A stretch of DNA of 25,947 nucleotides from a virus. A model generated the notes under the pieces. The model saw nothing but the letters and a program-made list of their open reading frames with translations. It was not told where the DNA came from and did not search any database. Positions within the stretch are counted from its first letter, which is position 1, and each line of letters opens with the position of its first letter. This document shows positions 1 through 7,494 of the stretch, piece by piece. A program made the position numbers and the translations under genes. The DNA lies in the UHGV virus genome UHGV-0145877. One strand, given 5' to 3'.

Positions 1-16
1 TCACTTCAGCGGGTAG

Positions 17-52
17 TCATCAAACTCACCATAACGCACTTCGTTGATGATG
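17..52. repeat. 36-nt imperfect direct repeat, copy 1, with dyad-symmetric ends (tcatcaa...ttgatga)
   Basis: tcatcaaactcaccataacgcacttcgttgatgatg at 17-52 matches copy 2 at 259-294 at about 29 of 36 positions. The outer 10-nt arms are identical and mutually reverse-complementary. Confidence 0.6.
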
Positions 53-258
53 TACGTGATCACCAAAAATATCGCATCCGGACTAGTTCCATCTTCATGC
101 GCAGGCATATGTTCATGCCTACCTGTCTGCAAACCAGTAATAAGCCATTACAGGGTGATAGTGATGCATCAACTACGTTAAGCGCAGAGAAATGATGCAG
201 TGGTGGGCGGATTGGCTTGATGAAAAGGTGGCATAGCGCCACCTACATCCCTGGGCAA

Positions 259-294
259 TCATCAAACTAACCTGCACGCGCATCGTTGATGATG
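259..294. repeat. 36-nt imperfect direct repeat, copy 2
   Basis: tcatcaaactaacctgcacgcgcatcgttgatgatg. It is preceded by ggg-N3 as in copy 1 (gggtag versus gggcaa). Confidence 0.6.
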
Positions 295-460
295 CACCCA
301 TCCCATTTTTTTGATAGGATTAACACGAGAACAGAAAGAATTATATCTAATTGTTTTTAAAGCGGAAATTTTCATACCATCTTTTCCATTACCGTTTTTA
401 TATAAATGTAATGAAGTATAGCTTTAAATGATTTAACATCAGGATATTATATAATCCCTA

Positions 461-1660
461 ATGGTCGTGAGCGTTTTTATGTTTGACTTGACGTTTATTA
501 TCTTTATTTTATCTTCCATCCCTGTATTTTTTGTTTTTTGGATTGCCGGAAGGTTTAAGAATGAATTAGTTGCAGACTCTTCTTTTGGATTGCGAGGTGA
601 TGACAATTTATCTTGCCTCAGGGGGTTGGCGGCTGTCATGGTCGCCCTTCACCATTCAGTATATATGTTCAATTATCTTTATCATGATAAATGGAGTATA
701 TTTTTGAATGATGGATTTGCGGCGAAGTCAAGCAACAATAGTTTATTGGCCATTGCATATTTTGGCTCCATTCCAGTCATGATATTCTTTATGATTACAG
801 GGTTTCTCTTCTTTAGAAAAATAATAAACAAACCAATAAACAATGCTGCAATATTTTTGTCGGCGCGAGTTAAGAGACTAATTCCAATGTATGCATTCAT
901 GGTGCTTTGCGTTGTTTGTGTTTCTGAATTAATTCGACCCAACGATAGCATTGGGATTCACAACATTATTGTTGAAGTTGGCCGATATTTTACGTTTGGT
1001 ATAATTGACCCTAATGGCCTTACACCTTCTATTCATGGATCTTTAATCGTTGGCGGGGTTATCTGGACTCTTGCATATGAGTGGGGTTTTTATATAATTT
1101 TACCATATATCTCTATGTTCGTAAAATCAATAAGAGATGCATGTTTTTCGGTAATAATTATGCTTTTCTCGGTATTAATTGCTTACCGCCAAGAGCTTAT
1201 CAGTGAAATGTTTGCCACTCTTCTCTTTTGCTTTATTGGTGGCTTTGTTGCAGCGCTAGCTTCTGGTTACCTAAAGAACAACGCTATCAAACAAGCCAAT
1301 AGCGTAATGATGACAATTGTGTACCTTTTATCGCTTATTGCTGTCGCATACTGGCAGGACTTTAACATTTACAATGTTTACATAGTGATTCCGCTATTTT
1401 TGTTTTTTTTAAGTGCGTGTACTGGCTCCAAAGCTTTTCAAATTATAAACACCAAGTTCTTCAAGGTGGCGGGTTCTGTAAGTTACAGCATTTATTTGAT
1501 GCATGGCTTAAGCATGGTAATGACCTTTAATTTCATTTCAAGCTCATTAAACTATACTGAGTTTGCAGCAATATCTTTATCAATTTGTGCAATGATAAGT
1601 TGCTTAACTTACTTATACATTGAAAAACCCGCAATGAAAAAACAGTTTAAAAACAATTAG
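461..1660 (+). CDS. Acyltransferase family 3 integral membrane protein (O-antigen or other surface polysaccharide acetyltransferase-like)
   Basis: 399-aa, highly hydrophobic, multi-helix ORF with an N-terminal motif LRGLAAVMVALHH typical of acyltransferase-3 enzymes. Strongly AT-rich relative to the phage structural genes and on the opposite strand. True start may be the ATG at 479 (MFDLT...). Confidence 0.7.
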   Translation: MVVSVFMFDLTFIIFILSSIPVFFVFWIAGRFKNELVADSSFGLRGDDNLSCLRGLAAVMVALHHSVYMFNYLYHDKWSIFLNDGFAAKSSNNSLLAIAYFGSIPVMIFFMITGFLFFRKIINKPINNAAIFLSARVKRLIPMYAFMVLCVVCVSELIRPNDSIGIHNIIVEVGRYFTFGIIDPNGLTPSIHGSLIVGGVIWTLAYEWGFYIILPYISMFVKSIRDACFSVIIMLFSVLIAYRQELISEMFATLLFCFIGGFVAALASGYLKNNAIKQANSVMMTIVYLLSLIAVAYWQDFNIYNVYIVIPLFLFFLSACTGSKAFQIINTKFFKVAGSVSYSIYLMHGLSMVMTFNFISSSLNYTEFAAISLSICAMISCLTYLYIEKPAMKKQFKNN

Positions 1661-1670
1661 TTAAAATATT

Positions 1671-1696
1671 GGTCTCTCAGCAAATGCTGAGTGACC
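1671..1696. terminator. Hairpin between convergent genes (candidate bidirectional terminator)
   Basis: ggtc-t-ctcagc aaat gctgag-t-gacc: 6-bp core stem plus 4-bp outer stem. The minus-strand side is followed by a TTTT run (rc of ttaaaatatt); the plus-strand T-tract is weak. Confidence 0.35.
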
Positions 1697-1703
1697 AATG
1701 AAG

Positions 1704-2135
1704 TTAAGCTGGCTTAATAGGCCATTCTATGTCGGGAGCCTTGGTAACATTAATAGCTTCCAATTCATCAAGATAATCCAGCCATGCACCATACTGATAT
1801 TTTTCATCATTACGGAGCCGACCCATAGCCGCTTTTCCAGGCCATTGCTTGCTGTTCATGTTAGAGTTGGCCTGTTCAATAAGAATCTGCCTCTTGCGTT
1901 CTGCTGCTGCTACCTGCTCATCATGAGTTAGTGCTGGTAGTTCACCCCATTCCGGATAACCATCTTTTCCAGCGATGCGGACCTTCCCAGTTGGCGGTTC
2001 CTTTGTATATTCTGTAAATATATCTTCGTCACATTCAACACCATCAGTAGGCCAGCAATTTCCAGAAATATAATCTTCTTTCATTGATGTTGGATAGAAA
2101 GCGTTATTTATTGCACTGTACACATATTTTTCCAT
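1704..2135 (-). CDS. Tail fiber assembly protein (Tfa-like chaperone)
   Basis: 143-aa ORF immediately downstream of the tail fiber gene. The composition and C-terminal region (EKYQYGAWLDYLDELE...) are typical of lambda/P2-type tail fiber assembly proteins. Confidence 0.65.
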   Translation of the reverse strand: MEKYVYSAINNAFYPTSMKEDYISGNCWPTDGVECDEDIFTEYTKEPPTGKVRIAGKDGYPEWGELPALTHDEQVAAAERKRQILIEQANSNMNSKQWPGKAAMGRLRNDEKYQYGAWLDYLDELEAINVTKAPDIEWPIKPA

Positions 2136-2136
2136 T

Positions 2137-2832
2137 TTATTTACCTATAGCTATCCATCGACAATAAGTTGTATTGCTACCTGATGGCTGGGAACCCATT
2201 AAGCTAAAACCAAGACCGGTACTAACGGGTGTAGCAGCAAAAGAAGGAATTGAATTTACTGCAGATTCCGCATTATCATACGACACAACAATTTGCACGG
2301 TTGAGTAGTTGGTAAATGCAATGGGGAAATTTATAAAAGTGGGAGATCCAATCGCTCCTGCCACTGAAACACCACGTTGAAAGATAGTTCCATCAGGGTA
2401 ACGACACCAGCCATTTCCACTTGTAAAGCTAGACATGTCAGGAATTTGATTGGTGCCGGTCCCTACATTTCTTTTAGCCGCTTCTCCCAAACCAAGGTTT
2501 TCGAGAGCCGTTGGTACCGTGCCGTCCGATTTGATATCACCAAACGGATTATTGCGGCTCAGGTATTCAACAGCAAACCCCGATCCCAGCAATTCAACAA
2601 AACCGGGCAGATCACCATTATCAAGCACATCCCGTTGCGTTTTATCACTTACAAACTGGGCCAGAGCTGCAGCAATAAAGCTGGCCTGCCGAATAACCTT
2701 ATTGACTTGCGCACTGGATGCTTTCCCTGCTGTAAATCCGGATATAAGCGCAGGCAACGCTTCCCATTCCTCCTGCGACATAACATTGGCATTTCGATCA
2801 GTTGCAAACGCTTTAAAGTCATTTTTCGCCAT
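2137..2832 (-). CDS. Tail fiber protein (short, with receptor-binding C-terminal region)
   Basis: Conserved fiber-like N-terminus [12 protein letters not shown]...[16 protein letters not shown]... and a variable Gly/Ser-rich C-terminus. ATG at 2832 overlaps the upstream stop by 1 nt (TGATG) and has a GGGAG Shine-Dalgarno upstream; the ORF track's 2850 start is in-frame upstream. Confidence 0.65.
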   Translation of the reverse strand: MAKNDFKAFATDRNANVMSQEEWEALPALISGFTAGKASSAQVNKVIRQASFIAAALAQFVSDKTQRDVLDNGDLPGFVELLGSGFAVEYLSRNNPFGDIKSDGTVPTALENLGLGEAAKRNVGTGTNQIPDMSSFTSGNGWCRYPDGTIFQRGVSVAGAIGSPTFINFPIAFTNYSTVQIVVSYDNAESAVNSIPSFAATPVSTGLGFSLMGSQPSGSNTTYCRWIAIGK

Positions 2833-3512
2833 CAGAGTAATACTCCCCATGCCCCTACATCAAAACCACTGATGAATTCGTTATCCATATCAAAACCAAA
2901 AAATTTAGAGCCTTCCGATGGAGTTTCCACCGAAGGTGTTTCAATGCCCCCCGCCCATACCCCGGCGGCTTTTACTGTTAGATACCCCTGTTTAATTGCC
3001 GCAATTAACTCACGCGATACATCTGAAATATCAGTATCAGGAAAGACCCAGACCGATATCGTCATGTCCTGGTTATCGACTATCTGCATTCGCAGCCCGG
3101 ATCCTGCTGTTGCAGCGTCAAGAATTGCTGGAAGCGAATCATTCCGTCCGTCCCAGTTATTAATCGCAATCTTCGCTTTAAGGATGACACGATAAGTTTC
3201 ATCGCTGAGGTACATGTATCCGGAATCAGGATCGTATGGCCCCTGCCATACACCCTGATCATATCCAAGCCCGTCGGTATCCCAGCTGAAATAGACACCT
3301 GAGATAGGCTGGCTGACAACACGGCTACGTCCGATCCACAATCCCAGAATGTCAAGTTGCACACCAACCGCAGAGTCAATATCAAATGCAGTAATCAGCC
3401 CTCTGGTGGCCGCCGCAACATCAATAAGCGGCCGGGTCATCAGATCAACATGTGCAAGAAATTTAGGTTTGGTGGCGTGGTAGTTCGTGATTAGTTCGGT
3501 ATATTTGCTCAT
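2832..3512 (-). CDS. Baseplate protein (P2 gpI-like / DUF2612-like)
   Basis: 226-aa ORF directly after the J-like gene and before the tail fiber, which is the gpI position in P2-type baseplate clusters. Confidence 0.55.
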   Translation of the reverse strand: MSKYTELITNYHATKPKFLAHVDLMTRPLIDVAAATRGLITAFDIDSAVGVQLDILGLWIGRSRVVSQPISGVYFSWDTDGLGYDQGVWQGPYDPDSGYMYLSDETYRVILKAKIAINNWDGRNDSLPAILDAATAGSGLRMQIVDNQDMTISVWVFPDTDISDVSRELIAAIKQGYLTVKAAGVWAGGIETPSVETPSEGSKFFGFDMDNEFISGFDVGAWGVLL

Positions 3513-4708
3513 GACTCCACCGTTATAACGATATTTTCCGGTGTACAGGACGCAGATTCGTTGTATCTGATATCAATGTTTGATGACGACAAAGCCCCCG
3601 GGGATTTCCCAATCGTCAGTTCCTGAATATCGTAATAGCGTGCATTCCCGCCACTCACCACGCCAAGATTCGCCGGTGAGTAAATGCGACTTAAAAGGAC
3701 CGAATCACCAATCATCAGACTATTGATATAGTCGGAAATAGCCTGCTGGATCTGCTGCCCTATCTGTGAGGTATAACCCGTAAAAACTTTTAATTTAATC
3801 CGGGCATAAACAGGCACATCACTAGAGCGCGAGAATTTGATTACATGGGGATTGCCGTATTTATCCGGAACCGTAACGGATGTTGTACCGTGAGTGGATG
3901 TCCCCTGGCCTTTATTCCCTCTGATAGCCTGAGCAATATCCGTCACATCACCGCCATCCACAATTACAGCAACAGAGTGTGGCGGTAACCCGTTACCGTC
4001 CTCCGAACCAGTATCGTTTTCATAGAGTTTGTGGCGGGTTACACCGGCAACATTAGAAACAGCACCATCCAGTGCTTCAAATGGGGTTATTGATGGCAAC
4101 GCAACACTTTGCGACTGACGGATACGTAACTCCGCATCAGTTTCTGCCGGAGTGCCCACAGTGGCTGCAGCAGGATTGGTTACCGAAACCCAGCCACGGG
4201 TTGGTGTATTAATTTCAGTGATAGTTCCAGCCAGCGCCGCCACTGCACCACTGACGGAACATATTGCGGTCACCATCACTGTACCATCCACGCCGACCAC
4301 CACTGAAGCAGGCAAACGCCATATCACATTATTACTGTCTTTCACGCTGCCATTAATGATGGTTGTTCCGGCAGTTCCTGTAAGAAGCAAATCAACCGTA
4401 GAGTTCGTCGCGCCTTTACGTGAAATACCATTTATTTTCACGTTACTGGTCAGTGCAACCCCATAGCCGGTTGCCGGTGAAAAACAGTTGTAGACAGTTA
4501 TCGCCATATTATTGGCATCATGAATCGCCAGCGCCATCAGAGCCACCATCTGGCCGTCTTTGCTGTCCGGTTCGAGGTAGGCATCACTGCCATAAATCTG
4601 CTGAAAATAGCTAATCAGGGTGCTGAGTATCGTCTGATAATCAGGCGCACCGATCCCCTCCGCGGTTACCTTTGCAGATAAACCGAGAGAATCAAGGTTC
4701 AGAGCCAT
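3509..4708 (-). CDS. Baseplate J-like protein
   Basis: 399-aa ORF in the J position, flanked by W-like and I-like ORFs. Size and gene order match P2-type baseplate J. Confidence 0.65.
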   Translation of the reverse strand: MALNLDSLGLSAKVTAEGIGAPDYQTILSTLISYFQQIYGSDAYLEPDSKDGQMVALMALAIHDANNMAITVYNCFSPATGYGVALTSNVKINGISRKGATNSTVDLLLTGTAGTTIINGSVKDSNNVIWRLPASVVVGVDGTVMVTAICSVSGAVAALAGTITEINTPTRGWVSVTNPAAATVGTPAETDAELRIRQSQSVALPSITPFEALDGAVSNVAGVTRHKLYENDTGSEDGNGLPPHSVAVIVDGGDVTDIAQAIRGNKGQGTSTHGTTSVTVPDKYGNPHVIKFSRSSDVPVYARIKLKVFTGYTSQIGQQIQQAISDYINSLMIGDSVLLSRIYSPANLGVVSGGNARYYDIQELTIGKSPGALSSSNIDIRYNESASCTPENIVITVES

Positions 4709-5061
4709 TACGCCTCCGATGTAACAGTCGTTATTCCATAGAGAGTGTCGATTTCAGCGGAAAACATGACACGTCGGGTCGTGGTATCCACCGTCGTATT
4801 GAAAGAGAGGATTGATTTAACGCCCCGCGTTTCGAGGATGCGCTTACGGACGGCCAGGTTGTAGGTTTCCGGCTTCTGCTTACCGAGTACGGACTGGATC
4901 CACGGAGTCCCCTCGGTGGTGTCGAGAAACCATTGCCCATACCACAATTCGAATCGCGTTTTTACCGCCTGTGCCACGGCATCCGGTGAGTTAATCAGCC
5001 AGGTGTCATCACCGCTGCCAAAGGTGTAATCGCCATCGGCGTCTTCACGTCTGTATCGCAT
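4708..5061 (-). CDS. Baseplate wedge protein (gpW / gp25-like)
   Basis: 117-aa ORF between the spike and J-like genes, overlapping both by 1 nt. Confidence 0.5.
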   Translation of the reverse strand: MRYRREDADGDYTFGSGDDTWLINSPDAVAQAVKTRFELWYGQWFLDTTEGTPWIQSVLGKQKPETYNLAVRKRILETRGVKSILSFNTTVDTTTRRVMFSAEIDTLYGITTVTSEA

Positions 5062-5813
5062 CAGTTTACCCCGTCGGTACTGCTTCCACCGCGCTGAACA
5101 CCACCATGAGTGTGCGTATTATCGATTGGCTTGCCGTTAGCCTTCACGCTACCCAAAAACTCAACAACACCAGTGATTTTTGAAGCCACACCAGAAACAA
5201 CAGACCCCACCATGCCCCCCATCCAGGTTAACAGGCCATGAATGGTTACTTTCTCAGAAAAATCAGCCAGAGGGGCAACCACATCAAGACCACCCGGAGC
5301 GACAATTTTAATTTTCCTGGTATCAGGATTAAGCTCAAAATAGGTGCTGCCATCGTCACTACGCAACTGTGTGGCACTGGTATTAATACCGCTAATCTTC
5401 CTCGCCTGCGACTGGGGGCCTACAATACAAAACGCATCCGATAAATCATGCATTCTGTCATCGACCGGTTCCTGTATTCCGCCGCTCTGCCACCAGAAAT
5501 CAATACAACGATCGGCAAAAACGACAAGACACTCATCCCCGGCTTTAATCGGAAACGTTAGCGTACATCCTCCGCCACGTGGGAATACCACTGGAACATC
5601 CACCAGCAATGGGTAATTTTTGGTAATGCGGTTGCCGTCATTATCCTTTTCAACCGAACGGATAGCAGGCTGCACAACCGCCGTCACCGCATCAGGATCG
5701 AATGACTGAATAATGCCAGGCAAGGCGACTCGGATCTGATTCTTTGTTGTTTCCCGTTCAGATTTGAATGTTTCGGCAAGGTCGCCGCTGCGGGTCTGGT
5801 CAGATACTGCCAT
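5061..5813 (-). CDS. Baseplate spike / assembly protein V-like
   Basis: Probable start is the ATG at 5813 (MAVSDQ...) with a GGAG Shine-Dalgarno 8 nt upstream; the ORF-track start at 5834 is a TTG inside the terminator A-tract. Gly-rich C-terminus typical of spike proteins. Confidence 0.6.
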   Translation of the reverse strand: MAVSDQTRSGDLAETFKSERETTKNQIRVALPGIIQSFDPDAVTAVVQPAIRSVEKDNDGNRITKNYPLLVDVPVVFPRGGGCTLTFPIKAGDECLVVFADRCIDFWWQSGGIQEPVDDRMHDLSDAFCIVGPQSQARKISGINTSATQLRSDDGSTYFELNPDTRKIKIVAPGGLDVVAPLADFSEKVTIHGLLTWMGGMVGSVVSGVASKITGVVEFLGSVKANGKPIDNTHTHGGVQRGGSSTDGVN

Positions 5814-5832
5814 TTGGTAGGCTCCAGAAAGC

Positions 5833-5861
5833 AAAAAACCCGCCGAATGGCGGGTTTTGTT
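5833..5861. terminator. Rho-independent terminator (bidirectional; strong on the minus strand)
   Basis: aaaaaa cccgcc gaat ggcggg ttttgtt: 6-bp GC stem (5839-5844 / 5849-5854), 4-nt loop, flanked by an A6 tract and a T-tract. On the minus strand the hairpin is followed by TTTTTT, 20 nt downstream of the stop of the 5878-6273 gene. Confidence 0.75.
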
Positions 5862-5877
5862 AATTCACTGAATGAGT

Positions 5878-6273
5878 TTAAACAGCTTCATCAGTCTTCA
5901 TTTTTTCCCACTGAGAAAAAATAGTCTTAACCTCTAAGAGAGATTGCTGTGCCATTGCTTTATCTATTGCACAGCTAGTGAGGTCATAATCTGCTTCATT
6001 TCGAGCCAGTCTCTGTTGCTCAAGTTTGTAAGCCATGGATTTTAGGCTTAATGGATCATATGGCTCCAGTTTGTTTTCACTCTTATTTTTAAGATAAGAG
6101 ATAAGACTGGAATGATGATCCTTCGTATAAGCAGGAAGACTGGTCAGATTCTCTTTTATTTCATGGTAAAGCGCATAATATGCCCGCGAAATAGTATTAC
6201 GATAACCAACTTCAGAATCCTCCGCAAAGCAACGCTCCGCTGAAGATAAAAACTCAGAGCTAGTTATAGGCAT
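5878..6273 (-). CDS. Hypothetical helical protein, possibly HEPN-like (second gene of the AT-rich cassette)
   Basis: 131-aa ORF overlapping the upstream gene by 14 nt and followed by a strong terminator. Helix-forming sequence with SRAYYALYHEIKENL, HHSSLISYL and RLARNEADYDL segments that resemble the helical layout of HEPN-type domains. Not confirmed. Confidence 0.6.
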   Translation of the reverse strand: MPITSSEFLSSAERCFAEDSEVGYRNTISRAYYALYHEIKENLTSLPAYTKDHHSSLISYLKNKSENKLEPYDPLSLKSMAYKLEQQRLARNEADYDLTSCAIDKAMAQQSLLEVKTIFSQWEKMKTDEAV

Positions 6274-7030
6274 ATTTACACCCTTTCAAGCTATTTCTTT
6301 CAACGGAAAAACGTGCAATAAGATTGCAATCATCAAGTAAATCGATTGAACAAATTTCATCTGCAAGTCGCATATTCATTGCAACCACCTGTTCAGGGGA
6401 TGCATTAACTACCTCAACCAGATAAGTCCCACCAGATGCACCGTTGATGTCAGCACGATATTCAGTTGGAGGGAATTCAGCCATGACTCTATGAACAGCA
6501 AGAGCAACTTGCATGTATTGTTCTGAAGAGCATCCTGACTTTTTGTATGCTTCATCCATATCGTGAATTACCTCCTGCAAGAAGGCTTCTGCGTCATCCC
6601 TATGTTCTTCTTGGGATAACATTTTGCAATGACGTCCAAAATATTCTACGCATTTTGATAGTTTCCCTACCAAATACGCAACGCCACCAGCCCTATAAGT
6701 AAACCACTTGGTTGGATACTTATCAGCTAAAGAATAGATGTAGTAGTCCGATTTTTCGAGTAGAGAAAAACGCTCAAGCAGCTTACAAAAAATCCGCGCA
6801 AAGTTAACATCAGCATGTGGGAGGATAGCTTCAAGCATTTCAATCCCGACACTCACATCACCTTTAGCAATATGAGCCAAAGCTACAAGCGTGTCAGCAG
6901 GCGGAGTACGCTTAGAGCCATACTCCGAGACCACCTCTCGAAAGGTCCAAATATCAAGAGGTTGACCACTATTGATTATCTTAACCAACTGGTCAAAACG
7001 CTCTTCCGCTTTCAGTTTTGGTCTTGCCAC
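6260..7030 (-). CDS. Hypothetical protein (first gene of the AT-rich cassette), function unknown
   Basis: 256-aa soluble ORF with a GTG start at 7030 and no in-frame ATG upstream. Preceded by a sigma70-like promoter. AT-rich versus the flanking baseplate genes. No motif I can assign. Confidence 0.6.
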   Translation of the reverse strand: MARPKLKAEERFDQLVKIINSGQPLDIWTFREVVSEYGSKRTPPADTLVALAHIAKGDVSVGIEMLEAILPHADVNFARIFCKLLERFSLLEKSDYYIYSLADKYPTKWFTYRAGGVAYLVGKLSKCVEYFGRHCKMLSQEEHRDDAEAFLQEVIHDMDEAYKKSGCSSEQYMQVALAVHRVMAEFPPTEYRADINGASGGTYLVEVVNASPEQVVAMNMRLADEICSIDLLDDCNLIARFSVERNSLKGCKYAYN

Positions 7031-7059
7031 AGTACGCTCGCTACTTATCTTTTGGTTGA

Positions 7060-7089
7060 ATTTTATGTTCGCGTATACAGTTTAGTCAA
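7060..7089 (-). promoter_or_regulatory. Candidate sigma70 promoter for the 6260-7030 / 5878-6273 cassette
   Basis: Minus strand reads TTGACT (7089-7084), an 18-nt spacer, then TAAAAT (7065-7060), about 30 nt upstream of the GTG start at 7030. Confidence 0.45.
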
Positions 7090-7126
7090 TCCGAAGCTCG
7101 TGCTGTTGAGCCGTTTCGCACAAAAT

Positions 7127-7145
7127 CATCCTTGCAAAAAGGATG
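7127..7145 (-). terminator. Candidate intrinsic terminator after the secreted-protein gene
   Basis: catcctt gcaaa aaggatg: 7-bp stem, 5-nt loop. On the minus strand it lies immediately after the stop at 7151 and is followed by ATTTTGTG. Confidence 0.4.
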
Positions 7146-7150
7146 GGACT

Positions 7151-7492
7151 TCAACCATCAACCTTTTTACACGGGAAAGATCCGATGATTTTCGGTGCAT
7201 CCATGCTGTTCTGCAGAAGCTGGACGTTCAGGAAACGCGTTTCGGTGCCAGGGCGACGAATGTATTCAAAGCCATAATTGTTGCCATCTTTAGCAGGCAT
7301 AAGCCCCATATCAATCTTAATGCCATCAGCACCAAGATTTGTAATTTTCTGCGATGTGACGCGTTCACCGTTAATCATGTCCATTTCACCCAACCTTGCA
7401 GTGATGGTGTAAGGCCCACAATAAGCGGTGTACCCGCTTGCTGATGCCCCAAATGACATAAAGGCAACAATTAAAATGGCTAAGGCTTTCAA
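7151..7492 (-). CDS. Small secreted (periplasmic) protein with an N-terminal signal peptide; accessory gene
   Basis: 113-aa ORF; MKALAILIVAFMSFGASA-SG is a classic Sec signal peptide with an A-S-A cleavage motif. Begins 2 nt after the baseplate hub gene ends. Somewhat AT-richer than its neighbours. Confidence 0.6.
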   Translation of the reverse strand: MKALAILIVAFMSFGASASGYTAYCGPYTITARLGEMDMINGERVTSQKITNLGADGIKIDMGLMPAKDGNNYGFEYIRRPGTETRFLNVQLLQNSMDAPKIIGSFPCKKVDG

Positions 7493-7494
7493 AT

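Noticed and set aside
60-242. 60-aa minus-strand ORF between the two 36-nt repeats
   Set aside because: No ribosome-binding site, Cys/Arg/Leu-rich composition with no protein-like pattern, and it overlaps a GC hairpin (ggtggc atagc gccacc at 226-242). Probably a chance ORF in non-coding DNA.
226-242. GC hairpin ggtggc atagc gccacc as a terminator
   Set aside because: There is no adjacent T-tract on the plus strand and only a short TTTT on the minus strand, and no upstream gene for it to terminate within the window, so function cannot be assigned.
2377-3195. 272-aa and 140-aa plus-strand ORFs antisense to the tail fiber and baseplate genes
   Set aside because: Antisense to well-supported, tightly coupled structural genes, with Ser/Arg/Pro-rich low-complexity translations typical of the reverse frame of GC-rich coding sequence.
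6815-7444. 209-aa plus-strand ORF spanning the accessory island
   Set aside because: It runs antisense across two minus-strand genes and the intergenic promoter and terminator between them, and lacks a ribosome-binding site. The minus-strand genes have far better start and stop context.
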